The position numbers and the translations under genes are program-made. A stretch of DNA of 16,714 bases from an uncultured archaeon (GTDB lineage: Archaea; Iainarchaeota; Iainarchaeia; Iainarchaeales; Iainarchaeaceae), in assembly GCA_964577555.1 (NCBI GenBank), contig CAZNZM010000012.1:1-16714 (forward strand). Reading direction: 5' to 3'. How positions within the stretch are numbered: the first letter of the stretch is position 1; every line of letters starts with the position of its first letter. This document shows, piece by piece, positions 1 through 10,229 of this stretch. Below the pieces are notes generated by a model that did no database searches, had not been told where the DNA came from, and worked only from the letters and a program-made list of their open reading frames with translations.

Positions 1-484
1 TTGTTTTTTTTGTGAGCCGAATTTTTTTTGTTTTTGTTGAGCCATATTTTGTCATTTTTTTTGAATCGTTTTTTTTAAGCCATTTTTTTGTTGTGTTTTA
101 GCCAATTTTTTTTGTCATTGTTTTTTTTTTAATTTTGAATTTTTGTTTTTTTTGTGAGCCGAATTTTTTTTGTTTTTGTTGAGCCATATTTTGTCATTTT
201 TTTTGAATCGTTTTTTTTAAGCCATTTTTTTGTTGTGTTTTAGCCAATTTTTTTTGTCATTGTTTTTTTTTTAATTTTGAATTTTTGTTTTTTTTGTGAG
301 CCGAATTTTTTTTTGTGTTTTTTTTGATTTATTTTATTTTTTTTTGTCTTTATTATTTTTGTTACAATTTGTTTTTTTTGTCAGATTTGAATATTTTTTT
401 TTAAGCGCTTTTTTTTGTTTTTTAAGGCTTTTTTTTAGTTTTTGGTTAGTTTTTGACTTGTTTTTTTGCTTTTATTTTCTTTAA
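1..484 (+). repeat. Poly-T-rich intergenic repeat array with spaced AGCC words (two full 142-bp tandem units plus a degenerate tail)
   Basis: Direct reading: GTGAGCCG recurs at 12, 154 and 296, exactly 142 bp apart. Positions 12-153 and 154-295 read as identical. Homopolymer T tracts of 7-10 nt are interspersed with AGCC, GTCAT and GAATCG. Confidence 0.9.
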
Positions 485-520
485 AGTGCAGGTTATTTAA
501 ATATTTGTGAAGGGATTTGA

Positions 521-529
521 GTATATATT
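521..529 (+). promoter_or_regulatory. Putative archaeal TATA box (GTATATATT) for rpl21e-rpoF cluster
   Basis: TATA-like sequence centred about 30 nt upstream of the ATG at 556, suggesting a leaderless or near-leaderless mRNA. Confidence 0.5.
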
Positions 530-555
530 CCGATTTCATTTGGTTAGTGGTTATT

Positions 556-876
556 ATGGCTAATAAAAAGGCAAAGGGTTCAAGGGCTAAAACAAGAGCA
601 TTAAGGAAAGGCCCAAAAGTCACGCCGAATAAATTGTTAATGGATTATCCAATAGGTTCGAAAGTTGATATTAAAATAGATTGGTCTGTCAAGGCTGGGC
701 GCCCTCACAGGAGATATCATGGGCTTACTGGGACAGTTATTGGCAAGCAAGGAAATTGTTTTGTTGTTGAAGTATATAAGTTGAATAAAAAAATGAATAT
801 AATTGTGGGTCCGGCGCATGTTAGTGCGTCGAAAGGCGTAAAGCCAAAAAAGGAGTCAAAAGTGGTGAAAGCATGA
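556..876 (+). CDS. rpl21e: Large ribosomal subunit protein eL21 (L21e)
   Basis: Protein MANKKAKGSRAKTRALRKGPKVTPNKLL...GKQGNCFVVEV...GPAHVSASKG is typical of archaeal L21e. The ORF-track start at 517 is upstream of the likely real ATG at 556. Confidence 0.93.
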   Translation: MANKKAKGSRAKTRALRKGPKVTPNKLLMDYPIGSKVDIKIDWSVKAGRPHRRYHGLTGTVIGKQGNCFVVEVYKLNKKMNIIVGPAHVSASKGVKPKKESKVVKA

Positions 877-1208
877 TAGGCAAGAAAGTCATTTCAACTA
901 AAAATATTCCTTTGTGCGAGGTAAAGGAAATTCTTTCGGAAAGGCAGAAGCAGGGCGATTTAACTTACGAACAACAACAAGCACTTGATTATTCAAAAAA
1001 ATTTTCTAAGCTTACTCCTTCTAAAGCCGAAAAACTTGCTGAAGAATTGAGGCAAATTGAAGGGCTTGACGAGGATTTCATAATAAAGGCATTGGATATC
1101 CTGCCAACCGACCTCGATACCGCTAGACTTATAGCGTACAAGTCTGGTGCAATAAATGAAGACAAACTTAAACAAGTAGTAGAACTTGCTTCAAAATACG
1201 CGAAGTAA
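873..1208 (+). CDS. rpoF: DNA-directed RNA polymerase subunit F (Rpb4/RpoF)
   Basis: Small helical protein with the C-terminal 'ALDILPTDLDTARLI' type motif. Lies directly after L21e (4-nt ATGA overlap) and before DUF655, a conserved archaeal gene order. Confidence 0.85.
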   Translation: MIGKKVISTKNIPLCEVKEILSERQKQGDLTYEQQQALDYSKKFSKLTPSKAEKLAEELRQIEGLDEDFIIKALDILPTDLDTARLIAYKSGAINEDKLKQVVELASKYAK

Positions 1209-1239
1209 GATTTTACATACATAAGCAGAGTGGATTATC

Positions 1240-1821
1240 ATGAAGGCGGAAGACAATGCTTTAGTTTTGGATTACTTGCCAAGAGGAAGGAGTTCTGATT
1301 ATAAAACCGAGCCTTTGGCACAACTTCTTGGCACTGAATTTTTTACTTTATTGGAAGTCGTTCCAAAAGTAGGCGTGGAACTTAAGCCTCTTGAGGAAGT
1401 TTATGTTGGCAAGGATGAGAGGCCTAAAATAGATTATATAAAGAAGAGAATAACCTATAAGGAATTGACTAATAATGCTTTGAACGAGCTTGAATCAGCC
1501 ATAAAAAAAATTGTTTTGATGCATGAACCAAGGTTTGTTCAGTTTTTCAATACTTCAAAGCCCATAACTTTGAAAAGGCATCAACTTGAACTTTTGCCCG
1601 GCATGGGAAAAAAACACATGTTTGATGTTCTGTCAGAGAGAGAAAAAAAGCCGTTTGAATCGTTTCAAGACATTAAGGAAAGGGTGCATGGGTTGCAAGA
1701 CCCTGCATTGTGCATAGTAAAGCGTGTCATGGAAGAACTTGAAGGGATTGATGTAAAATTTTACTTATTTGCCAGGCCGCCATTTCAAGAAAAACCTTTC
1801 TTTCCTAGAAAAAGATTTTGA
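1240..1821 (+). CDS. DUF655 family protein (putative nucleic-acid binding, HhH-like)
   Basis: 'ALVLDYLPRGRSSDYKTEPLAQLLGTEFFTLLEVVPK' and 'HQLELLPGMGKKHMFDVLSEREKKPFESFQDIKERV' match my recollection of the archaeal DUF655 family. Syntenic with rpoF and ksgA. Confidence 0.85.
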   Translation: MKAEDNALVLDYLPRGRSSDYKTEPLAQLLGTEFFTLLEVVPKVGVELKPLEEVYVGKDERPKIDYIKKRITYKELTNNALNELESAIKKIVLMHEPRFVQFFNTSKPITLKRHQLELLPGMGKKHMFDVLSEREKKPFESFQDIKERVHGLQDPALCIVKRVMEELEGIDVKFYLFARPPFQEKPFFPRKRF

Positions 1822-1830
1822 TTTACGCTT

Positions 1831-2661
1831 ATGTCACTTTTTTCAAAGCTTCAAAGCCTTATGATTAATTACAGATTCAGGCCAAATGAAAAGCTCAGCC
1901 AAAATTTTTGCATTGACGAAAGGCTGTTAGTAAAAATGGTTGATTCAGCTTTTCTTAAGAAAAACGATGTAGTGCTTGAAATAGGTGCAGGAACAGGATT
2001 TTTAACCGAAAAATTGCTTGAAAAGTGCAAAGTAATAGCTGTTGAAAAAGACGATACTTTAGCTGATTTGCTTTCAAAAAATTTTTCAAACAACAAAAAT
2101 TTTGTTTTAGCTCATAACGATTTTTTGGATTTAAAAACTTTGAAATTCAACAAAATAGTGGCTTTGCCGCCTTATGCGTTATCTGATGACATAATGTTGA
2201 AAATTTTTTCATACCGCCCTGAAATTGTTGTGATTGTTTTTCAACGCGAATTTGTAAGAAAGCTTGCGGCATTTCCAGGTTTAAAGGAATATTCTTATCT
2301 TTCAGTGCTGACGAATCTTATTTTTGATTCAAATGTTTTAATAGAAAACATATCGCCAATGTCTTTTTTTCCAAAACCAAGTTCATATTCTTCTCTTCTT
2401 TGCCTTGTTTTAAGAAAAAAACAACCTGAAGTAAAAAATTTTTTTGATTTCATATTTTTCTTGAAGCAAATATTCAGATTCAAAAACAAGTCTCTCAGGA
2501 ATGCAATTAATAATGCGTATCCAGAATTGCATAAAAAATTCAAAATAGATCCTAATAAAATTGATGAATTGCTTGGTTCCTGTTATTACGCTTCGAAAAA
2601 AGTCAATTTGCTTGAACCCGAGGAATTTCTGGATTTGTTCAGGAAAATTTTTCAAGAATGA
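1831..2661 (+). CDS. rRNA adenine N6,N6-dimethyltransferase family protein (KsgA/Dim1-like), with atypical motif IV
   Basis: N-terminal 'KLSQNFCID', SAM motif 'VVLEIGAGTGFLTEKL', acidic 'VIAVEKD', 'HNDFLDL', C-terminal 'FQREFVRKLAAFPGLKEYSYLSVL' and conserved synteny. The canonical NLPY is replaced by LPPY. Confidence 0.85.
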   Translation: MSLFSKLQSLMINYRFRPNEKLSQNFCIDERLLVKMVDSAFLKKNDVVLEIGAGTGFLTEKLLEKCKVIAVEKDDTLADLLSKNFSNNKNFVLAHNDFLDLKTLKFNKIVALPPYALSDDIMLKIFSYRPEIVVIVFQREFVRKLAAFPGLKEYSYLSVLTNLIFDSNVLIENISPMSFFPKPSSYSSLLCLVLRKKQPEVKNFFDFIFFLKQIFRFKNKSLRNAINNAYPELHKKFKIDPNKIDELLGSCYYASKKVNLLEPEEFLDLFRKIFQE

Positions 2662-4171
2662 TTTTTTGGAACTCTATTATGTCTGCAGAAGTTGCAAATT
2701 TATAAGCCGCTTCTAGTTTTGTTTCGTTTTCCGCAAAAATTTCCATTAAAGTGTCTCCTTTTTGGACTTTTGAGCCAACTTCAACGTTCAAAAGTATGCC
2801 TGCTTTTTTGTTTGCAGGTGCACCAGAAAGTCGCGCAACTTTATTAAGCAACTCGACGTTTATTACGCTTATTTCGCCTGTGCATTCCGAAAGAACCTTT
2901 TTTGAAAACTTTGCAGGAGTTATTTGTGTTGAAGATAAAATGCTTCCTCCTTGTGCCAAAATAATTTCCTTCATTTTTTCAAGTGCTTTGCCGGATTTCA
3001 ATATTTCCAAAGCTTTTTCGTATCCCTTGCCTTTTGGAACATCACCAACCAGTTCAAGCAATGCTCCTGAAAGTTCAACGGATTTTTGCGCCAAGTTGTC
3101 GAATATTTTGCCTTCAAGTATTTCAAGTGCGTGTTTTGCTTCCAATGCAGGGCCGAATGCTTTTCCACAAGGCTCAGAACCGTTTGTCAAAAGCACTTCT
3201 ACGTTGATTCCTAATTGTCTTCCAACTTCCACGAATTTCAGAGCCATTGCTTCGGCCTTTTCCCGTGTTTTTACTTTTGCAAATTGTCCTATTGGTATGT
3301 CTACTACAACATACTTGGCTCCAACACTTGCTTTTTTTGCCATTACACTTGCAATTACTTGTCCTTCAGGGTCAAGTGAAAGCGGGTATTCTATTTTGAT
3401 TATCTTGTCGTCTGCAGGTGCAAGTTCCACTGCGCCTCCCCAAGCAATGCAACCACCTGTTTTTTCAACAATTGATTTGATTTCTTCCAAAGAAAGAGAT
3501 ACTTTTGCGATTACTTCCATTGCGTCGGCAGTGCCTGCTGATGAAGTTATAGACCTTGAAGAGGTTTTTGGTATTGCATAGCCGGCAGCAGCAATTATTG
3601 GGACTATTATCATTGTGGCTCTTCCGTTCAAGCCCCCTATTGAATGCTTGTCAACAATTTTGGAATTTGAGAGTTTGAGAGTTTTGCCATTGTCTATGAG
3701 TGATTTTGTCATATGCACTATTTCATCAATGTCAAAGCCATGCACATAAACCCCACTTACAAATGCTGTTGCTTCTATTTCGCTTAAACTGTTGTCAGCT
3801 ATGTCATTTACTATTTGCTTGATTTCTTCAAAAGACAATTTTTTTCCGTCCAGTTTCTTTTTAATGAATTCCGTGCTTTTGGGTTTTTGAGCTGCTTTGA
3901 CTTCAACATATTGTTCGTCTTTTATTTCAAGTATTTTTTGAAGGTCCTTAAAAATTCCTATTTCGTTTTCTTTTATTATTGAATCCGTTACATCAACAAC
4001 CGCTTTGACGATTTTATTAGTATCAGGCGAAAAAATTTCAATCCTGTCGTTTGGAAAAACTCCTAATTCCTTTGCATCAATTATATTAAGTATTGCTATC
4101 AATTTGCCTGTTTTGAGGTCAACTGTTCTGGCTTTCAGTTTTTGCTTATAACCGTTTTTTGCTTCATTCAT
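2639..4171 (-). CDS. deoA: AMP phosphorylase (archaeal thymidine phosphorylase-like, nucleoside monophosphate phosphorylase)
   Basis: Archaeal-type N-terminal domain followed by 'VYVHGFDIDEIVHMTKSLIDNG', 'IVDKHSIGGLNGRATMIIVPIIAAAGYAIPKTSSRSITSSAGTADAMEV', characteristic of AMP phosphorylase / pyrimidine phosphorylases. Confidence 0.9.
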   Translation of the reverse strand: MNEAKNGYKQKLKARTVDLKTGKLIAILNIIDAKELGVFPNDRIEIFSPDTNKIVKAVVDVTDSIIKENEIGIFKDLQKILEIKDEQYVEVKAAQKPKSTEFIKKKLDGKKLSFEEIKQIVNDIADNSLSEIEATAFVSGVYVHGFDIDEIVHMTKSLIDNGKTLKLSNSKIVDKHSIGGLNGRATMIIVPIIAAAGYAIPKTSSRSITSSAGTADAMEVIAKVSLSLEEIKSIVEKTGGCIAWGGAVELAPADDKIIKIEYPLSLDPEGQVIASVMAKKASVGAKYVVVDIPIGQFAKVKTREKAEAMALKFVEVGRQLGINVEVLLTNGSEPCGKAFGPALEAKHALEILEGKIFDNLAQKSVELSGALLELVGDVPKGKGYEKALEILKSGKALEKMKEIILAQGGSILSSTQITPAKFSKKVLSECTGEISVINVELLNKVARLSGAPANKKAGILLNVEVGSKVQKGDTLMEIFAENETKLEAAYKFATSADIIEFQKIILEKFS

Positions 4172-4193
4172 TGTAAAAATTAAAACCCCTAAT

Positions 4194-4202
4194 TATATAA
4201 AT
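4194..4202 (-). promoter_or_regulatory. Putative TATA box (ATTTATATA on - strand) for the AMP phosphorylase gene
   Basis: Centred about 26 nt upstream of the ATG at 4171, the distance expected for a leaderless archaeal transcript. Confidence 0.55.
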
Positions 4203-4245
4203 CTTCGCGCTTTGCAATCAAAACATATTTTTTTTCAAGTTTTTT

Positions 4246-4974
4246 TTAGGTGTTTTGTCCAAGTTTTGCGCACATTTCCATCGCAGCTTTTTTAATGTCT
4301 TGTGCTTCGTAGAGCCCTCTGCCTACAATTGCGTGCCAATTATTGCCCGCGGCTTTTCCTGAATCTGTTATGCTTCCGCCTTGTGCAACTAAGCCAGGCG
4401 AGTAAAGAATCGGTTTTATTCCAAAAGATTCCAAGAATTTTTTATAATGCAATATTTTGTCAGGTTTATTTCCAGGCACTACAAATTCTAAAACCCTGTT
4501 TTCTATTGCTAATTTATAAATTTCTTCTGGGGCAGTGTCTTTCAAAAACCCGCCTTCGCTGGAAAGGTATGCTTTGTGTGTCATTTCCCCCCCTACAATG
4601 ACTTTCAATCCTTGGTTGAATGCTGATTTTATCCATTCTTTTTCTGTTTCAGGTCCGGCTTGAGGAAAAAGTATTACCGAATCGACTTTTGCTTTTGCAC
4701 AAACTTTTGCAAATTTTTCACCAGTGAAAGGAATGTCAGTGCCTGCTTTTTGATGGTCATAAATTATTGGTTTGTCTGTGTGTTTTCTGCATGCTTTTAC
4801 AACTTTGTCCAAGCCATATGACAATGCCAATTCAAAACCTATTTTGTATGCGCCTATTCCGAAAACATCTTTTGTTTCCTTGACAAGTATTTCAAATTCT
4901 TTTAAATTGTCAAAGTCGCACGATGGCACTATGCTTTTCGGGATTTTTATTGTTGGTTCTGGTTTGTTTGTCAT
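4246..4974 (-). CDS. pyrF: Orotidine 5'-phosphate decarboxylase family protein (divergent)
   Basis: TIM-barrel signatures: 'YKIGFELA', 'IIYDHQKAGTDIPFTG', 'ILYSPGLVAQGG', 'HAIVGRGLYEAQDI'. Position in the pyr operon. ATG at 4974 overlaps the pyrE stop (TAATG); the ORF track extends upstream to 4992. Confidence 0.85.
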   Translation of the reverse strand: MTNKPEPTIKIPKSIVPSCDFDNLKEFEILVKETKDVFGIGAYKIGFELALSYGLDKVVKACRKHTDKPIIYDHQKAGTDIPFTGEKFAKVCAKAKVDSVILFPQAGPETEKEWIKSAFNQGLKVIVGGEMTHKAYLSSEGGFLKDTAPEEIYKLAIENRVLEFVVPGNKPDKILHYKKFLESFGIKPILYSPGLVAQGGSITDSGKAAGNNWHAIVGRGLYEAQDIKKAAMEMCAKLGQNT

Positions 4975-5597
4975 TATTTTCCTTCCTGCCATTTTATCGG
5001 ATCCTTGAAATAATCTTTTGTCATTTTGTAAATTTCAGGTTCTATTTTTTTATGCTTTCGCAATATGTCCAATAGTTCCGAAATAGTGAATACTGAATGC
5101 AAATGCAAACCGCTTTTAAGCAATTCTTCGGAGCCGCCTTGTTGTCTGTCAATAAGAACCAAAATATCCTTTACTTTTAGTCCGACTTTTTCCAACGGAG
5201 AAATGGCTTCAAATTTGCTTGCTCCGTTTGTTATTATATCGTCAATCACTAACACGGTTTCGCCTTCAGAAAATTTTCCTTCAACCAAAGCTTTTGTTCC
5301 GTATTCCTTTACTTCTTTGCGCGGAAAAACCATGCGCCAATTCCTTTCAAGGCTTACTGCGGTTGCTATTGCAATTGCAGCAAATGGTATTCCGGCTATT
5401 GCATCAAATTTTAAATTGTCAGCCTTCAACGCCAATTGGTTTCCAACTTTTTTCAATACTGCAGGGTATGAAACTAAAATCCTCAAATCTATATAAATTG
5501 GGCTTTTCAACCCTGATTTTAAAGTAAATAAACCGAATTTTACAGCGCCTATTTCCTGCAAGTCCAATGCTAGTTGTTCCCTTTCATCCATACACAT
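4974..5597 (-). CDS. pyrE: Orotate phosphoribosyltransferase
   Basis: PRPP-binding loop '[16 protein letters not shown]', '[11 protein letters not shown]', '[14 protein letters not shown]'. The track start at 5609 is a TTG; in-frame ATGs occur at 5597 and 5591. Confidence 0.93.
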   Translation of the reverse strand: MCMDEREQLALDLQEIGAVKFGLFTLKSGLKSPIYIDLRILVSYPAVLKKVGNQLALKADNLKFDAIAGIPFAAIAIATAVSLERNWRMVFPRKEVKEYGTKALVEGKFSEGETVLVIDDIITNGASKFEAISPLEKVGLKVKDILVLIDRQQGGSEELLKSGLHLHSVFTISELLDILRKHKKIEPEIYKMTKDYFKDPIKWQEGK

Positions 5598-6852
5598 TTC
5601 CTCTTGCAATTACATGTTCAATGCAACCTTTTAATTCCATTCCGTCAAAAGGGCTGTATTTTGCTTTTGTAAACAATCTTGCATTTTGGATTAATGTATT
5701 TTTATTCAAATCTATTATTATTAAATCCGCATCAAATCCTTTTCTAATAAAACCTTTGTTTTGCAAATTGAATATTTTTGCAGGGTTTTCCGACACCACT
5801 TTGATCATGTTTTGCAATGAAATTTTTTTTTCCACAACTTCGTTTAACAGCAATGGAACCATTGTTTCTATTCCTGGTATTCCTGAAGGGCATTGCCAGT
5901 AATCCAATTGTTTTTCTTCAAATGTGTGTGGTGCATGGTCTGTTGCAACAACATCGATCAAGCCGTTTTTCAAGGCAGAGTAAAGCGCGATTCTGTGTTC
6001 AGGACCTTTGATTGAAGGGTTGCATTTTATTAAATTTCCAAGTGTTTTGTAATCATTTGAATCCAAAAACAGATGATTTGGCGAAACTTCAAAGGTTATG
6101 TGGTTGCCAAATCTTAATTTTTTTCCTTGAAGAATCAGTTTCAACCCGCCTTTGCTGGAAACGTGTGCAAAATGCAAATGCCCGCCTGTTTCATTTTGAA
6201 TATTCAATAGTGTCCTTATTGCCGAAACTTCGGCTTTTTCGTTTCTGATTAAGACATGTGTTTCCGGCCAATTTTCATTTTTAAAAATTTTTTCATTTTC
6301 GGTGACAACTTTGTCGTCTTCTGCATGCGCTACAACCACAAACCCTTTTTTCCTAGAAAGCAAAAACAATTCCCTGATTGCATCAGGGTTGTTCATTAAA
6401 AGGTTTCCAGTAGTATGCCCAAAATACAATTTGACCGCGTGCAGACCTTTTGCCTTTTCCATTTCATGCAAATTGTTTTCAGTTGCACCCATGTAAAGTT
6501 CAAATGAAACCAAAGATTCTTCTTCTACAATCCTTCTTTTTTTTTCAAAAATTGTGGCGCTTATAATTGGCGGGTCGTTGTTAGGCATGTCCATTACAGT
6601 TGTAACGCCTCCATGTAGTGCCGCTAATGAGCCAGAACACCAGTCCTCTTTATATTCAAAGCCAGGAGTTCTGAAATGTACGTGGCAATCAATTGCGCCC
6701 GGCAAAATTATTTTACCTTTACAATCAATTTCATGTTCTGCATCGAATTCTTTTGCTCCAATTTCCGCAATTTTTCCGTTTGCGCATAAAATATTCGTTT
6801 TAACAAGTTTACCTTCAATGTACGCTTTTCCGTTTTTGAGTGCAAGTTTCAT
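5584..6852 (-). CDS. pyrC: Dihydroorotase
   Basis: '[15 protein letters not shown]', 'HAVKLYFG' (candidate carboxylated Lys), 'VVAHAED', 'HFAHVSS', 'VATDHAPH': the complete amidohydrolase metal ligand set. Confidence 0.94.
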   Translation of the reverse strand: MKLALKNGKAYIEGKLVKTNILCANGKIAEIGAKEFDAEHEIDCKGKIILPGAIDCHVHFRTPGFEYKEDWCSGSLAALHGGVTTVMDMPNNDPPIISATIFEKKRRIVEEESLVSFELYMGATENNLHEMEKAKGLHAVKLYFGHTTGNLLMNNPDAIRELFLLSRKKGFVVVAHAEDDKVVTENEKIFKNENWPETHVLIRNEKAEVSAIRTLLNIQNETGGHLHFAHVSSKGGLKLILQGKKLRFGNHITFEVSPNHLFLDSNDYKTLGNLIKCNPSIKGPEHRIALYSALKNGLIDVVATDHAPHTFEEKQLDYWQCPSGIPGIETMVPLLLNEVVEKKISLQNMIKVVSENPAKIFNLQNKGFIRKGFDADLIIIDLNKNTLIQNARLFTKAKYSPFDGMELKGCIEHVIARGNVYG

Positions 6853-7706
6853 TCTTCACGCCACCTAAAGTATTCTTTTAATTCAACCCTTCTGCCGCTT
6901 TTAAGGTAAGCAATTTTTCCAAACTCTTTCATACTGCTTAATTCTTTTCCGTTGAATACTGGGCCGTCTCTGCATACTAATTTGTCATCAATTGCGCATT
7001 CACCACAAACACCTATTCCGCATTTCATGTACCGTTCAATCGAAGCTTCAAACACAATTTTGTGTTTTGCTGCTATTTCCATTGCACGCAGTATCATTGC
7101 TTCTGGCCCGCAAGCATAAACAATGTCGTGTTTTTCCTTTTCCAGCAATTTGTCAAGTACAATGACGTTAAAACCTTTTTCCCCATAAGAACCATCATCA
7201 GTAGTAACATATACTTTTCCGAATTTTTTCAATTCTTTTTCAAAAATTATTCTTTCTTTTGACCTTCCGCCAAGTATTATTTTTGTCTTGCATTTGTTTT
7301 CATAAAGCTTTTTTGCAAGCATTATTATTGAATCTATGCCGACCCCGCCGGCAATAATCACGGCTTTTTTAATGCCTTTTGTAGTGAATGGTTTTCCATA
7401 TGGGCCTCTTATCCAAAATTTTTTGCCTTCTTTCATTTCGAGCATTTTTTTTGTTGCAATCCCCTTTGCTTCTATATTAATAGCAATTTTTTTTCCATTA
7501 GGTATTAATGCTAATGGTTTTTCATCCACGCCAGGCAACCAAACCATTACAAATTGGCCTGGTTCGAAATCCATTTCAAGTCCTAGAAAAAAAGTTTTAT
7601 TGCCTGGAAATTCTTCCCTGACTTTTTCAATTATTGCAGGCCTAGTTTTTGTATCATATTTCCAGCATTTGCAATAGTCTACTTCTTTTTTTTCAATAGT
7701 TTTCAT
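6849..7706 (-). CDS. pyrK: Dihydroorotate dehydrogenase electron-transfer subunit (FAD/2Fe-2S)
   Basis: 'FEPGQFVMVWLPG', 'KPLALIP', 'AVIIAGGVGI', and C-terminal [2Fe-2S] signature 'KCGIGVCGECAIDDKLVCRDGPVF'. Adjacent to pyrD. ATG at 7706; the track start at 7712 is a TTG. Confidence 0.93.
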   Translation of the reverse strand: MKTIEKKEVDYCKCWKYDTKTRPAIIEKVREEFPGNKTFFLGLEMDFEPGQFVMVWLPGVDEKPLALIPNGKKIAINIEAKGIATKKMLEMKEGKKFWIRGPYGKPFTTKGIKKAVIIAGGVGIDSIIMLAKKLYENKCKTKIILGGRSKERIIFEKELKKFGKVYVTTDDGSYGEKGFNVIVLDKLLEKEKHDIVYACGPEAMILRAMEIAAKHKIVFEASIERYMKCGIGVCGECAIDDKLVCRDGPVFNGKELSSMKEFGKIAYLKSGRRVELKEYFRWREE

Positions 7707-8613
7707 GCGCAATACCCTTCAATTGTTCAATTTTTGTAAAACCATTTTCTTTCATCCATTCCATAATTTCTTTGCAAACTTTTTTGAAAACTCTTGGTCC
7801 ATAAAGCCAAACTGCACTGCCTATTCCGCATGCAGTTGCACCAGCCATTATGTATTCAAGAGCGTCTTTCCCTGAAGTTATGCCGCCTTCCCCTATTATT
7901 GGTATTTCTACTTTTTCATAAAGGTCATAAGTAATCTTCAAATTTATAGGTTTCAAGGCTGGTCCACTTATCCCGCCTTTTTTGAATGCAAGAATAGGTT
8001 TTTGTGCATCAACATCTATCAACATTCCAGGCATTGTGTTGCATGCACAAAGCGCATCCGCGCCAGCTTCCTCGCATGCAATTCCTATTTCTGTCGGCGA
8101 CGTGACTGCAGGAGTCAACTTGGCTATAATCGGTATTTTTCCAACCACGTCCTTGACGCTTGAAACTATTTTTGCAGAAATATTTGGGTCTTGGGCGAAT
8201 TGCATGTCGTGCCATTCGGTATTAGGACAGGAAATATCAAGTTCAATAAACTCTGGTTTTTTTTCAGCCACGTATTGTGCAACTTCTGCGAATTCTTCCC
8301 ATTTTGTCCCATAAATACTTGCAATCAATGGAGTATTGGTTCTTTTTAATTCCTTTAACTCTTCAAATTCCTCGTCATAATTTTTATAGCCAGGAGTAGG
8401 CAAGCCAACAGCATTCAAAAGCCCGTGCTCCCATTCAATTACAGTCGGATTTTTATGTCCAAACCTTTCACGTGGCCCAATGCTTTTCATGGTGACCGCG
8501 CCAGCTCCTTCCAAAGCCACTCTTATGAGCTGTGCCGCATTTACTCCGAGGATGCCGGAAGCAAGCCGTGTAGGGTTTTGCATTTCAATGCCGCACAAAG
8601 TAGTCTTCAGCAT
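7693..8613 (-). CDS. pyrD: Dihydroorotate dehydrogenase, catalytic subunit (class 1B type)
   Basis: 'NPTRLASGILG', 'ELDISCPNTE' (Cys at the catalytic base position), 'PIIAKLTPAVT', 'GGISGPALKPI', 'IPIIGEGGITSGKDALEYIMAGATACGIGSA'. Confidence 0.94.
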   Translation of the reverse strand: MLKTTLCGIEMQNPTRLASGILGVNAAQLIRVALEGAGAVTMKSIGPRERFGHKNPTVIEWEHGLLNAVGLPTPGYKNYDEEFEELKELKRTNTPLIASIYGTKWEEFAEVAQYVAEKKPEFIELDISCPNTEWHDMQFAQDPNISAKIVSSVKDVVGKIPIIAKLTPAVTSPTEIGIACEEAGADALCACNTMPGMLIDVDAQKPILAFKKGGISGPALKPINLKITYDLYEKVEIPIIGEGGITSGKDALEYIMAGATACGIGSAVWLYGPRVFKKVCKEIMEWMKENGFTKIEQLKGIAHENY

Positions 8614-10061
<1,448 letters not shown>

Positions 10062-10229
10062 TTAATAAAAACCTATTGTCTGCCAAAACAAAATCATTGT
10101 GCTTTAAAACAACCTATAAAATAAGTGCAAAAAACAATTGCTGAAAAAACAAAAATTTACATAAAAAATTTCTACAAAACATGCAAATCAATAAATTTAA
10201 TAACAATTATTAAAATAATAATAAAAGTT

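Noticed and set aside
12-295. CRISPR array interpretation of the tandem repeat
   Set aside because: The 142-bp units are contiguous and identical, with no unique spacers, no 23-40 nt repeats and no cas genes.
296-484. 62-aa ORF MSRIFFCVFFDLFYFFLS... on + strand
   Set aside because: Translation of poly-T repeat DNA gives mostly F/L. It begins inside the repeat unit and has no ribosome-binding or family signal.
1-484. Transposon or IS element interpretation of the T-rich array
   Set aside because: No transposase, terminal inverted repeats or target-site duplication could be identified. A non-autonomous element remains possible but unsupported.
2751-3581. 276-aa + strand ORF antisense to the AMP phosphorylase gene
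   Set aside because: Fully antisense to a well-supported conserved gene, with low-information S/T/F/A-rich translation. It is an open shadow frame.
5065-5496. 143-aa + strand ORF antisense to pyrE
   Set aside because: Antisense shadow ORF; the coding signal and all motifs are on the - strand.
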